Positions 1 to 13,234 of a stretch of DNA of 64,000 nt are shown here, in pieces. The notes below the pieces were generated by a model. It worked only from the letters and a program-made list of their open reading frames with translations, had not been told where the DNA came from and did not search any database. A program made the translations under genes and the position numbers. Each line of letters opens with the position of its first letter. The stretch's first letter is position 1. Source of the stretch: Octopus sinensis (lineage: Eukaryota); the NCBI RefSeq assembly GCF_006345805.1, contig NW_021825323.1, positions 682,001 through 746,000 of the forward strand, read 5' to 3'.

Positions 1-704
1 GATCGTTAAGCTTCGATAATAAGTACGGTTAAAGTAATATTTGTTTAGATATACGACACACACTGCAGTATCTTTGTCGCAGAGATATGACCAATTGGCT
101 TCCTTTACAACTCGAGTCCAGTTCAGTCTCAAAGAACAAATTCAGGCGAGGAACTATTCGGGAGTGTCTGAGAAGACTATGAAGGAGTTTAATTTAATGT
201 TCCTGTAATTATTGTTTTTATATTTTATTTAGACATTATGATACTGGTAGGACTGGAAAGCTTAGTATTGAGGACTTTTTTTCATGCCTTCGTGCTCTTG
301 GTGTCTCATTACCCGACGATTCAAAGTTTTATTTGCCTGTTTATAAGGAAATACTTGATCAAGTAAATCCCAGAAGGTTGTTTGACTTGTTATTGATGTG
401 TAGGAAGGATTATGTGAGTATGCAGGAATTTATGACGTACATGATTGGAAGAGAAACGGTAGTTATCCAGTCAGCTAAAGATGTTGATGAAGCATTTCGA
501 TTTATTGCCACTGATAGAAGAGAATTTGTGACTAGAGATGAACTTTCTACAGTTTTTTGTTATTGTATTAAAATTTAGTTTCTTTCTCCCGAGCTTGTCG
601 ATTATTGTGTAAATAATATGGAGGAATATCGCGATGAAACAGGCGAGGTAGTTGAGAACTCATATGACTATGGACAATTTACTGCACGCATGTTTGTTAG
701 TTAG
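1..704 (+). CDS. SPTAN1: Alpha-spectrin, 3' end (C-terminal EF-hand region); gene starts before the window
   Basis: Spliced translation ..EQIQARNYSGVSEKTMKEFNLMF..CLRALG..EILDQVNP..VSMQEFMTYMIGRET..VDEAFRF..LVDYCVNNM..YDYGQFTARMFVS* follows the recalled alpha-spectrin C-terminus (EQQIQARN..CLRSLG..SLQEYMAFMISRET..DYVEFTRSLFVN); several ~25-35 nt GT-AG introns; TAG at 702-704. Confidence 0.9.
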
Positions 705-937
705 ATTATTAATTTAATTAATTTACTTTCTTCTTCTAATTGGTTTGTTTTTATTAGCTTTTATTATATTGATTTTGTTATTTTTGAATTTGAATTAAAA
801 TCTCAACAAACTGATTTTTTGTATCCTTTAAATTTTCTATAATTATGAATATATTTTTACAAACGTTCTTTAAAGATTTAGACCGCTCGACGATTATAAC
901 TTGTAAAATGTTTGTAGAAATGGGACCACTTTAACAC

Positions 938-1217
938 TTTTTATTGACCAAAGGACCAGGGTAAGCCAGTTAATTATAATCCCCCGTGATCCCCCGATTC
1001 AAGCGAGGGAGATCCTACTGAAAGGTTCAATCCTGCCCACAATGATCGGACTGAGACGACGATGTCCCAGGGCCAGAGATCTAGAAGTTTTTTTTCGGTA
1101 GGCATTAAGTGCCTCCTGAGCGTTTCCATATCCGATTGGAAGTTCCAACTGACATGGTGGACCCCATAACGCCACGCTAAGACCGGAAGGAAGGTAAGAG
1201 ATCCCCATTTTTTCAAC
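938..1217 (-). mobile_element. 5'-truncated SINE copy (subfamily B)
   Basis: Near-identical to the 3' part of the repeat at 16362-16781; 3' end variant matches the copy at 50552-50796; tRNA-like head absent. Confidence 0.85.
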
Positions 1218-1739
1218 CACAAATCGACATATATGAGTGGGTCAAGGAAAGTCAAAGATTTTGGTCATTTCCCTGCTCAGTGAGGCTAACGTTAACTAAC
1301 TATAATTCAAACTATGGATATTGTGAATTTTGTTGGATTTAATTCAAGAAGAATTAGTGTGTTTGAAAAAGATGACTACAGTATTCTTGATATATTTTTT
1401 GTGGATTGACTGTAAAAAAACAATATCTAATTTTAATTCGTTATTAATAAAAAAGAATTTCCACAAAATTAGACTTGAGTCTGTAAAGTTTATAAAAAAT
1501 GCAAAAGTTGTTCTTCAATATGACCATTCAAATTACTTAAGTTGAGCCATATGGCGATTCCATTAGCGATTCTATTAATCAAATTTCTTCAAAAATTTCT
1601 GTTCTAAACCAGCGCTACAATCTTCAAAAAATGATAGAGTTCCTCGTCATCTCATATGAATAATTAATGAATAAATTATTAACTCCAAAAAAAGATTTTC
1701 AAAATAAGTAATGTATTAGTTGAGAACGAATTAAGTTAA

Positions 1740-4700
1740 TTAGGAAGAATCTGGTGAAACCTCGATTTCAATCAATAAATCGTCTGGCGCCACTTTAGAT
1801 CCAACATCAACAAGAATTTGTTTAACAATTCCTGAACAGGTAGAATCTATGGATATTTCCATTTTCATTGCGCTCAATATAACAAGAACGTCATTTGGTT
1901 TGACTATGTCACCAACTTTGACCTTCAGTGATATTATCTCAGCCGGAATTGGCGCACCGACATGTCCTTTATTGGTCTTCAAAGCTTTAACTATTCTCTG
2001 TTTATCGGCCGATTCCTTTTGATTTTCTGCAACTAACAACGAACGTGTTTCTCCATTAACTTCAAACACAACCTCCCTATTTCCACCTCCTCTTTCTATT
2101 ATTCCAACATATTTAAAATAAACTGTCTTTCCAGGTTCTAACTCAACCTATTAATTACTCATTCTAATTATGTCAAATACCTCAAACTCACGTCCCAGCT
2201 TGGGGCCTGCAAAAAATACATCAGTTGGTAACTTAGTGACAGGACCATATGTTTGTATGAACTTCCTGAAATCTTCGAAGACTTTAGGATATAAGGCATA
2301 GCTAAGAACGTCGTCTATAGAAGCTGCATAGCTAAACTCTTCGCTAAGTTTTTTCTGGATTTTTCCAAAATCAAGAGGTTCCATATCTGCACGTTCTCCG
2401 GAAACAAATTCTCTCCCTTTAAGAATCTAAAAAATAATAAAAGACCACATGACTTTAGTTCTGAGTGGTTCAGGGAAGCCATAATAAGGAACACCAATCA
2501 TCCCTTTAAAGAAATCAACAACCGACTGAGGTAATGAAAGAGTTTCAACTCGCTCCTCGAGATCTTGGGCAGAAAGTTTATTTTGAACCATAAACTGTGC
2601 TAGATCACCAACAACTTTAGAAGAGGGAGTAACCTGATGTAAGATAATTGATATAATACCTTTACAATGTCACCTAAAAGTAAATTAGCCTCACGATATG
2701 CTTGCTTTATGGCCTCAAACTGTGATCCCATTCCTAGAGAATGAGCCTGGAACTGGAGATTTGTGTATTGACCACCAAAAAAATCATTAATTTTATAAAC
2801 CAGGAATTTCGTTGAGATAGACGTCAGCATTTCCACTCTTCATCGTGACTGAAGACTCAAAGGGGCCATAGAGCTGCCGAGCTTGCTCCCAATAGGCAGA
2901 ATATGTAGAAATATCTTGTGAATTCATTCCAACTACAGTCTAGCCTCTTTTTGGGCAACTAGTGCCCCAAAAACAGGGGTTTCCCAGATAGAGGGGTTTC
3001 AATATTAACGAAAAAAACTAACGTTTTGTTAATTTAAAACCAAAAGATGTTTATCTTATTTCATTAACAATTTTAGTCTTTACTGTCGGGTAATGATCCG
3101 TTATTTTCGTCCGAATTGGTAATTTTGATAATCGATCCATTGTCAAATAATCGATCCAAAAAGACCTTGTCGGGAATGAATGTTTATCACTATTATCGGG
3201 TCTCTGAAGCCCTGAACCTTCACATCCATCAAATTAATCATCAAAACAACAGAGAACACGTTATTATTAGTTATTATAAATAAATGCAAAAATTATAACT
3301 AAAAAATACTATAATATTAAATGCCCCATAACGGGGTTTATCTATAAAGAATAAACAGAAAAAACTCCAATAGAAATTCAAATTGCCCCAAAACCCGAGG
3401 GTTAAATCCGAGGTGCCCCACGTCCGGGGTCGCCCCAATAAGGGGTTGCACTGTATTATCAAAATAAACCGCAAAGACACGACAAACCACATTTTCTAGG
3501 AGTATCTTTGAGTACAGCCACAAATGCTCCCATGCTGGGTTGAGATGTGATTCCGCTAACAGCATCCACAGCCACGTCAATAATATCAGCTCCTGCTGTA
3601 GCAACCTGAAGCATTGAGGCAATTCCTATATTTTAAATTTCTGTTGAAATATTACCAGTTCCAGCGGTATCATGTGTGTGGATATGTAAAGGAATGTGAG
3701 GATATCTTTGTTTGATAGCATCTACTAAAATTGTCCCAGATTTAGGTTTCAACAATCCGGCCATGTCCTTAAATTAATCCATCATAGCTACTTTGATGGC
3801 TAAAATGTGGCATCCAGTCTCCACTATTTTGTCTGCCATTTCCAAATAATAGTCAAGATTGTATTTATCACTTGTTGTACTTGCAACATCTCCTGTATAA
3901 CAGATGGCAGCTTCCACAATCCCGCCTTTGAATAAAAAATGATTTATAACCGGCGTTTCCTACAGCCTCGATCCCAACTCTGAGATTTGGAAGGTAATTT
4001 TGGCAATCAAATATTCTAAAAATGTCAATTCCATTTAGTTTAGAAATTTCACAAAACCTAAACAGGATTTTTGTGAATCAAAACTTTTTAATAACATTAT
4101 CTGGATATGCGGTATAGCCAACTGCATTAGTTCCCCTGAAAAGCATTTGAAAAGGAATGTTAGGAATGCGAGCCCTAAGCTCTCTAAGACGCTCCCATGG
4201 ACATTCGTTAAGAAATCGCATAGAAACATCGAAAGTGGCGCCTAATAATTTTTTGAAATTTTTTTGACCTCCCCACATCTCCAACGATAATAATCCGTTA
4301 AGATTACGAGCAACAAAGTCAGATATTGCCAACATGTCATATGTTCGGACTCGTGTAGCCAACAGTGACTGATGAGCGTCACGGAAGGTCGTATCAGTCA
4401 ATAGAACTCCTAAAATAGTCTTTACAAATACAAGATTGCCTTTGTGCTCAACAACTGCCTTTGCAAAGGCCTCAGGGCCCTTATTTAAAAAAATTGATCT
4501 CCATCCTTCCTTGGATAAATCATCTATCATATTCGAATCGAAAATTTTAATACCAGAAGTTTTTGAGACCAATGGAAGGTCGGGGACTAATCTGGCTGGA
4601 GGAAGTTGAGTCCCCCAGGATATAAATGGCCCGTTTACGACTATGTGACTCAAATATTTAAGCAAAGATTGAATTCTGTCCCGACCAAAAGAAACTTTCA

Positions 4701-6371
4701 TCAATTCTGGTGAATTGTCGATAAATTTAGTGTCATATTCCCCAGAAATAAAGGCTTTATTTTGCATTACGTTTAGCAAATATGGAATATTAGTCTAATA
4801 CAATACTGAATTGATAAATACATACTTTGACCCCACGAACTCGTGTTTCTCGCAAAGCACGAGTCATTTTTTTGCAAGCATTCTCGAAATTGTTGGAATT
4901 GACAATGACTTTTGTCAAAAGTGAATCGTAGTAGGGAAGAATAGATGAATTTGTATGGGGAGGGGAACTATCAATTCTAACCCCCTTTCCAAGTCCGGCT
5001 CTGTAGACCTATTAATTATTATTAATATATCTGAAACATCAAGTCTCCCAAAATCGGGAGCAAAGTCATTCGAAGGATCTTCTGTTGTAATTCTGCATTG
5101 AATTGAGACTCCTCTTTTATTGATTGAGTCCTGGTCTCTAATTCCCAAGGATTCAAGGGAATGTCCCTCAGCAACTCTTATTTGCATTTCAACAAGATCC
5201 AATCTAATAATACAAACAATGATTTGAAGTAACCCAGTAATTTCTTCACTTATAGTATGTTCTACTTGAAGACGCGAATTGACTTCAATGAAGTAATGTC
5301 TGTTTTCTGCGTCAACCAAAAATTCAACTGTTCCCGCGTTGTTATAGTTTACATATTGTGCCAGCTTTACTGCATCGTTTAAAAGATTTTGGCGCACGTC
5401 CGAATTTAGGAAAGGTGCGGGAGCAATCTCTATCAGTTTTTGGTGTCTACGCTGTATTGAGCAATCTCGTTCGTAAAAATGGCGAATATTTCCATATAAA
5501 TCGCCTAATTGTTTAACCAACGACTATAAACCCATAATTTGCACTTCGATATGTTTAGCATTATCTATATATCGTTCAATAAACAGTTCTCCGTTCCCGA
5601 AAGCTGCCAGAGCTTCTGAATGGGCTCTTTCGAAAGCCTCTGATACTTGCTAGAATATTTCAGAGTACACTCACATTAAGGGAATTAATCTTACGCATTC
5701 CGCGACCACCTCCTCCGTACGCTGCTTTAAATATGCAAGGAAGGCCATATTTCGTTATGAAGTCAACTGCCTCGGCAGCATTTCTGATTGGCTGTTCTGA
5801 ACCAGGAATGAGATTAATTCCTAAAAATATTCGTTTTAATTAACCAGATGAGATGGCTGCTTTTCGTGCAGTGACCTTATTTCCCATTAAAGCGACAGTT
5901 TCAGGTCTGGGGCCGACATAAAGTATTCCTGCATTGGCACAAGCAGTAGCAAAATCTGGCTGTTCTGACAAGAAGCCATATCCTGGATGAATTGCATCTA
6001 CACCTGTCGACTTTTAAAGTAACAATATTTTTATAAACTTTTGCAATGTTGATGATGTCAGGAATGGACATATAGGCTTGAACCGCTCCCAATCCTCTAC
6101 CAACCAAATACGATTCGTCCGACTTGGTACGAAATGACTGTCCGCTGTCTTGTTCTGAGTAAATACCGACAGTACGAATATCCAATTCAGTGCAAGTTCG
6201 AAATATTCGGAGTGCAATTTCCCCTTTTTAACTGTTAAAAAGGTTGTATAAACCTCGGTTAGCAACAAGCAGTTTTTTAATGGGCGTGATGGTCAGATTT
6301 GTTGATAATGGGCGTATAGAAATGTTTAGCAAATTGAGATGGGTGTGATGAAAATGACATAGTCTTAGCAT
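1740..6371 (-). CDS. PC: Pyruvate carboxylase, mitochondrial
   Basis: ATG at 6371; presequence-like N-terminus then [67 protein letters not shown], and biotinyl motif SAMKME; many 24-33 nt introns plus one ~550 nt MITE-containing intron. Confidence 0.97.
2936..3453. mobile_element. pogo/Tigger-like MITE (~518 bp) inside a PC intron
   Basis: TA at 2934-35 and 3454-55; imperfect TIRs CAGTCTAGCCTCTTTTTGGGCAAC / CAGTGCAACCCCTTATTGGGGCGAC; internal GCCCC..GGGG motifs; no ORF. Confidence 0.8.
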
Positions 6372-6889
6372 TTTATCTAAATAAATGAACATTTTTTTAT
6401 TTATACGAAAATTCCAAAAATATTCGTAAAAGTACTAATCAAAGCCAAGGAAAATTTTAAATAAATATACAAATTATATTTATAATTTAATAATAAAAAT
6501 TAAAATTTTGTAATTTAATAAATGTATTAATCTAAAAAATCTTTTTCGGAGTCAAAAAACCATTTAAACATCGAATGAGTTTACAGAAAAGCAATCAAAT
6601 AATTACATCACATGATCAATCTACCAATTCATAAATTTGTATTCTGCCTTTCGTTGTTTTGGATAGATGAGCCTGAATCAGAATGACTAAGTCTATTCAT
6701 AATTAGTTTCCCATGACGTACAGCGTTGAAAGCCCTGTTAAAAGCAATTTCAATTATAGTTGGAAATTTGCTGAACAGCACAATTTTATATGTGACACCA
6801 AAATAATAATTAGTGATTTTTCAGTCCAAAAACCGCTTTGACTCTGACTCAGACTAGTTACAATCTTTTGAATCTGATTAAGCGCAATT

Positions 6890-9524
6890 AAAATCAGAAC
6901 CCCCTGTGTGGTGTTCGATAAAATAAAAAGGAGATGCTTTGCATCCGCTGGATCATTATGCAATCATTGTAAGAAAAGCAAGAAAACTGTTGACCACTTG
7001 GCTACTCAGTGTGGTAAAATGCTCAACAGTGATTATCTCCGGAGACACAATGATGTTGTGAAGTGTATTCACCTTAACTCAGGGGTGTCAAACATGCGGC
7101 CGCGGGGCCGCATGTGGCCCTCGAAAGACATAGGTGCGGCCCTCAGCGTACTTTGCCAAACATAAGTGCGGTCTGATTTAATGGCTATACAATGCAAAAA
7201 ATTATTTGTTATTTTTTTACATTTAATTAAAATTTTTAATTGTATTTTTAAATCGTGTTTGTTAATGTCACGTGCTTCTTCTGGAATAAAAAAGAAACGC
7301 TCCTTGAAAGATGAACGGAGAGTGTTTCAAGATAAATGGGAACTTCTCTTTTTTTGCACAATGGTTGATGGAAAAATACATTGTTTGATATGCAACAAGT
7401 TTATCGCTATACCGAAAGAATACAACCTAAAGAGGCATTATCAATCTAATCATCTATTATACAATTATTTCGAAGGTATTAAGTTGCTTATTAACTAAGA
7501 AGGTCCAATGCGTGTTTCAAAGCTAAATGAATTGCGAAAAAAATTATCTGCGTTACAAACTCATTTCACAAAAAATCATAATCGAAGTACTGCATTAGTC
7601 ACTGCAAGCTATGAAATCAGCAGAATGCTTGCAGTAAATGGAAAATCATATTGTGATGGTGATTTGCTGAACACATTAATGAAATGGCATTGAATTTGAA
7701 ACACCAATTAAAGTCTGATTTGTTAAAATTCGAATATTTTTCAATTGCAATCGATGAAACAGTCGACGTCGTTGGAATTGCACAATTAGCAATCTTTTTT
7801 AGAGCGTGTGATTCAGATTTTAATATTTATGAAGAATTTCTCGAACTGGTACCAATGCACGATACTACTACAAGTAAAGATATCTTTATAAAACTACTAC
7901 AAATTTTCTTTGAATATGGGTTTGATTTGAAGAAGCTTGTATGTTTATGCACTGATGGTGCTCCGAATATGGTTGGACGACATGCTGGCGTTGCCGCTAA
8001 ATTGCGAGCTGAAATAGAAAAGGTAAATCCCGGGTCATCATTTGCTCATTTTCATTATATTATTCATCAGCAATATTTGTGCTCAAAGATATTAAAAATG
8101 GAAAATACCATTAGTTTGGTCACGAAAACAGTAAACTATATCAGAGGTCATCCCCTCAACCACCGGCAGTTTAGTAAACTGCTGACAGATATTAATAATC
8201 AGTTCAGCGACATTCCTTTTTATACTCCAGTCCGCTGGTTATCACTTCACAAAGTTGTTAAAAGATTTTATTTGTTGAGATCGGAAATAATTTTATTTAT
8301 GGAGATGAAAGGGCAAAACACAGACGAAATGAAAAGTCAATCTTGGATCAAAGATTTGGCATTTGCAGTGGATATTACCACACATATGAACGACCTTAAT
8401 TTAGAATTGCAAGGCAAAGACAAGCTCATAACTCAGTTGTCAGATCATATCAAGTGTTTTATTTCGAAAATAAAATTATGGAAGTTTCAGCTATTAAATG
8501 AAGATTTATCTCATTTTCCTACGTGCAAAGAGCTCAGGAGTACTGTTGATGCACATAATGTAATGAATTTTTCTCAGTATGAAAGACAACTAGAATCGCT
8601 GTTAAAGGAATTTCAAGAAATATTTAATGATTTTGGTCTTTTGAACAACAATTTTCATTATTCGCATCACCATTCTTTTTTAATGTTTCCAATGCAGATG
8701 ACCAAAATTAAAGGGCGATAATTGAATAATTTAGCTTCTCTTATTTTGGTTATTCATCATAATAAATATCAGAATTAATTTTCCATTAATGAGAAGTTAT
8801 TATAAATGCGGCCCTCGAAGCGAAATTGTTACAAAATGCGGCCCTCAAAGCGAAATGAGTTTGACACCCCTGCCTTAACTTGTGCCGGATGTATGGACTT
8901 AAAAAAGCAAGACGATTGAAGGAACATTCTGTTCAGTTAACACTGTCGACGGGAAAAGTTGAAATCAGGTTTGATACAACAATCCTCACCGAAACAAAAG
9001 TAGAATACAACAAGCCAGATATCTTTGTCCACAACAAAGTCAGAAACGAAATAAATCTAATTGAAGTGGGTATTACTTCACAGGATAGTCTCAAGCAAGT
9101 GGAAGTTGAAAAGTGTCACAAGTATGATCTACTGGCCACTGAGCTCTCGCTTCTGTATAGCTGTCAAGTAAAAATAATTCCTGTGGTTATGACATGGGAT
9201 GGAGTTGTCTCGAAATGCTTCAAAAATTATATGAAGAAACTATCTATTGAAGCAGGAACGAGGACATACATTCAATCCGTTGTACTGAAAAAAACGCTCG
9301 AGAGTATGATGATCAAACACAAGCACGGAATGAAGGTATTCGGTGAAAAATACGCTTCTGCTTCCAACCGGTATGTGGAGATGGCATGCAAAGATGAAGA
9401 CGACCCAATGTATGCTAAAGAAGATGCAATGGTTGAATCAGATGTGGTAGTGGGGAGTAAGAGGCAGCTAGAAGTAGACTCTTCTTCCAAGAGAAGGAGA
9501 GTGGATATCAGCGAGCTGGAGTGA
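6890..9524 (+). mobile_element. R2/NeSL-like non-LTR retrotransposon 3' fragment (CCHC finger + restriction-like endonuclease), split by a hAT
   Basis: CNHCKKSKKTVDHLATQC..RRHNDVVKCIHLN (6908-7079) resumes as LCRMYG..NKPDIFV..LIEVGIT..EKCHKYDLLA after the hAT (8880-9524): CCHC plus PD-(D/E)xK pattern. Confidence 0.85.
7080..8872 (+). mobile_element. hAT transposon, GTF2IRD2/SPIN-type transposase, internally deleted
   Basis: TIRs CAGGGGTGTCAAAC / GTTTGACACCCCTG; perfect 8-bp TSD CCTTAACT (7072-79, 8873-80); BED finger CLIC..LKRHY, FSIAIDETVD, CTDGAPNMVG, VRWLS; C-terminal dimerisation domain missing; 27-nt intron 7476-7502. Confidence 0.95.
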
Positions 9525-9654
9525 GATCTGCTTAGTTTCTGATTAACTATTAATTTATTATTGGTTTAAAAACGTTATTTGAAATTCGTGAAAACAATTA
9601 ATAGAAAAATATCCTCAACATTTATCCCCCAAAAATAAACTCAACTGAAAAAAA

Positions 9655-9989
9655 TCTCAGTCTGTGTGGACACTCTATGCCCGTCCAACATTTCCAGGAG
9701 CGCAGTGGACACACTGTATGCCGCAGAAAAAACGATGAGGGCAAAGGAAAGAAAATACGAAGCGCTGCGAGACCGATTCGATTTCTATCTGATTGTGGTC
9801 GAGACAACTGGAAGAATAAGTGGGAAATCTCTTCGCTTCCTAAAGAAACTTCGACGCTTAGCCACATTAAAAAGGCACGACACACGTGAGACTCGGTGGC
9901 TTCTTCAGTTGATCTCTGTTGCTATCGTGAGAGGCAACACAAAGTCGATAATGTCGGCGGGGTCCACTTCAGATGGATGGCTTTGTTAA
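9655..9989 (+). mobile_element. CRE-like RLE retrotransposon 3' fragment
   Basis: CVDTL..KERKY..VETTG..DTRETRWLLQLISVAIVRGN, same motif series as 54449-54874. Confidence 0.75.
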
Positions 9990-10057
9990 AATTATTCCTA
10001 TTGTTTTAAAATTGTAAGTTCTACAAGTAATATATGGATTTTTTGTTGATGTAACTA

Positions 10058-11695
10058 CAGTGGGGCAAAAAAGTCATGGCACCTTTGCAAATTTTGACTA
10101 AATTTAACAATTCTTTGCAAAAAAATTATTAAATACATTACTTTAAAAAATAAATTAGTAATATAGAACTTTTTAGATAAATTATTAAAAAAACTATCTT
10201 AAAGGGAATTATTAATAGTGCACTAATTAACGATTTATTTTTAAAAGTCAATTTTTTGAGGGAAAAAGTAATGGCACGAAATCCAATTAATATTTAGTTG
10301 CATTCCCTTTTGCTAGCAGAACTGCTTCCAATCGTTTTTTGTAAGAAAAAATTAGTTTTTGACATTCTACTTTAGAAATATTTTTCCATTCTTCGTAGCA
10401 AATTGTTTTTAATTCCTGGATATTTTTTGGTTTTCTTAAGCCAACTTTTATTTTTAATATTTTCCCTAAGTTTTCGATGGGATTCAGGTCTGGCGATTGA
10501 CTTGGCCATTCCAAAACATTTATTTTGTTTTTTTTCTAACCATTTAACGGTTACTTTTGACTTGTGCTTAGGATCGTTGTCATGCTGGAATGTCCAATGT
10601 TGTGTCAAATTTAAGTTCGCGACCGAAGGTAAAAGACATTTTTCCAAAATTTCGCAATATTTAAGAGAATTCATCATTCCATCAATTACAAATAGTTCAC
10701 CAACACCTGTTGATGAAAAACACCCCACAACATGATACTACCTCCCCCGTGCTTTACGGTAGGTATGGTGCATTTTGGGATATACGCCTGATTTGATTTG
10801 CGCCAATTGAAAGCGTGTAGTTCAGTCCGAAAAGTTGTATTTTTGATTCGTCCGACCACAAAATATTGTTTATGAATTCATTTTCTTTGTTCAAAAGATT
10901 TTTTGCATATTGGATTCGCGCTGAAAGGTGTATTTTCTTTAATAACGGAACTCGACGGGGCCTTCGCTTATTGATACCTTCTTTGCGTAGTGTAGAAGTG
11001 ATTGTACGAAGGGACACTGACGTTCCTGTGATTTTTAAATTATCGGCCAATTCTTTTCGAGTTATTTTTGGGTTTGAAGTAACTAATCTTTTCATTAATG
11101 AAGAAGAACGCAGAGATATCTTTTTTGGAGCACCCGATCTTGGTTTATTAATAACAGTTCCGCGTTGCTTCCATCGAGTAATAATATTTCGAACAGTACT
11201 TTTTGGTAATATCAACAATTTAGAAATCTCTCCATAACTTTTACCGTTTTGGTGGGCAGTTACAACTCGTTGTTTTAGGTCCAAAGAATGCTCTTTCCTC
11301 ATCGACGAGATAATTTTAATAAAATGCGAAAATAAAAGTATATTTATACTAATCGGAATCTACTAATCAATTATATTAATAGAACTAAGAATCAATTATT
11401 TCAAAGAAAAAACAAGGCACCAAAAGATAATCATTTGTATCTTATTGTCAAAAAAATCCATATTTTTTGATAGTGTCATCACTTTTTTACACATCAAATT
11501 TGACGTTTTTCTAAATATGCAGCAAAAACAATTATATTTATTTGAAATTCATGAATATAATTAGCACGAAATGGGTTCAAAAGAATGCAAGATTTTATTG
11601 TGTAGCATGATGAACTAAATCGAAAAAGTTATCATTGTAAAAATATATTGAATTAAAAAAAATGATAGGTGTGCCATGACTTATTTGCCCCACTG
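10058..11695 (-). mobile_element. Full-length Tc1-like element (1638 bp), intronless DD34E transposase with two frameshifts (10287-11302)
   Basis: TA TSDs at 10056-57 and 11696-97; TIR CAGTGGGGCAAA(A/T)AAGTCATGGCAC; motifs [42 protein letters not shown]. Confidence 0.95.
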
Positions 11696-11837
11696 TATAT
11701 TAACTTCTAATTGCAAAAAAAATTTGATAATTAATAGAAAATAGGCTAATAAGAACACACGATTTCATTATAAAAGTTATAAAAGCTATCAAAAATAGTA
11801 ATCATTATAAAACATGTCAAATTAAAAAAAAAGATAG

Positions 11838-11865
11838 GCGTTCAATAAGTTGTTTGCTCCCACTG
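11838..11865. repeat. Orphan Tc1-type terminal inverted repeat
   Basis: ..GTTCAATAAGTTGTTTGCTCCCACTG followed by TA; no partner end found. Confidence 0.5.
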
Positions 11866-12043
11866 TATTAGGAGTATGAGGCCAGATTCTACACGTGCCA
11901 TAAGTATCTATTGCTTCCTGTTAAGGAAAAATTCTTCTAAATAGTGATTTGTCAGAAAAAACAATTAGAACGAGATGATGAAACTAACTATTTACGAAAT
12001 CATTGTTTGAAGATATATAATTAATCAGGAAGCGGCAGTAGTA

Positions 12044-13150
12044 TCAAATGCTGTAAATCTGTGATAAAATAGATGCAGTATCATCGGCCAACACGAGCAT
12101 TGCTTGATCGACCAGTCCCTCCTTAACTGCAACGTCTGTTTTTTCTCATAATTGCGCCACCGTCTTGCTTCCTGGAAAAGTTCCGAAATCAAAATTGTTC
12201 GACATGATCGATTCGCCTGCCGGTTTTTAGTTTGATTGGAATAAATTCGGCAAACACAGTGTCAACCACTGCTGTTTCCACAGCATTTTCAAACTCCTCA
12301 ATTGTAGAAGGTAGACGACACTCCGGGAACTGCGACGACCACCGAGCGAACTGAGTACTCGCTTTCTCGGCAGCCAAGACCAATTCACTTTTTACTAACT
12401 TGTGCCGTTTTAATATAGTCATTAATGACCATAATAACCTACGATTAACAAATACTCAACGCACAATGTCGTCCACCAATCTTTCACTTCTGTCATTCCA
12501 AGTGAGAGGCAGAGATTCCAGTTCGTGATCTGCGGCGACTAATAACGGCCAGGCATGTCGCGCAAATGTTCTACATCGGGAAACAACCATTTCTCTCTCG
12601 ACGAAAGGGAGAGTGGGCGTTGGAGAGACCGATTCATCAATGAGTGTTATTTCAATCTCGTCGGGAGTACACATTTCATGTTCTTTAACTGAAGGTATGT
12701 CCGTGGGGGGAGTGCCAAGGTGTTCTGATATTGAATCCTTAGAGTTCTCCGATGAAAGCTCGTCCAGTTCTATTTTGAGAGAGATTTCAGAATCATTTTG
12801 AGATAACTCCTCACACTCAAACAACGAGTTTCTAATTCATTCGTAGAGGAGGAATGGATGGTTTCCTCTTTGACATATGAGTCACAATAGGCGGATTCTC
12901 GCCAGTTTCTATTTTTCATCATTCGGATGTAATTCATCGGTAGAAGTTAACTCGTTTTGGATATGTTGAAATATCTACAATGAGTAACGCTAAAATGCCT
13001 TGGAATTGAACTGGTAGAAATGAATTGATCCACAATGACCGTCATTTCTTCATAACGACAGATTCTTTTCAAGAATTCCATCCGTTTTTCTTGTGCCGAT
13101 CAACATTAGCCTTGAAATCTTCAAAATCTTATGTAGAAGTCGATAATCTT
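12044..13150 (-). pseudogene. CEP350-like C-terminal region (DUF4378-type), frameshifted or error-containing, 5' part absent
   Basis: Joining frames gives RRIDHVEQILISELFQEARRWRNYEKTDVAVKEGLVDQAMLVLADDTASILSQI*, matching the recalled CEP350 end KRDRVDHILVQELHEEEAQWVNYDEDELCVKMQLADGIFETLIKDTIDVLNQI; needs about three indel corrections in A-runs. Confidence 0.6.
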
Positions 13151-13234
13151 TGAAAAATAAAGATATATAATCGAGTCTAATAATATTTATTAATAATATG
13201 ATATTTTTATTATATTTTATTTAAATTTCTAAGC

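Noticed and set aside
333-578. Stand-alone calmodulin/centrin-like EF-hand ORF
   Set aside because: It is an intron read-through piece of the alpha-spectrin C-terminus; flanking exons match spectrin.
974-1255. Recurring 60-110 aa ORFs in the repeat (also 16411-16741, 28685-29184, 57527-57896)
   Set aside because: Frames differ between copies and indels do not preserve frame; non-coding SINE body.
1330-1700. Possible hAT remnant (..HIEEQLL.. on minus strand)
   Set aside because: Single weak motif, no TIR or TSD.
1740-6371. Alternative genetic code or stop read-through to explain fragmented ORFs
   Set aside because: In-frame stops inspected in host genes fall within removable micro-introns; genes end at standard TAA/TAG/TGA.
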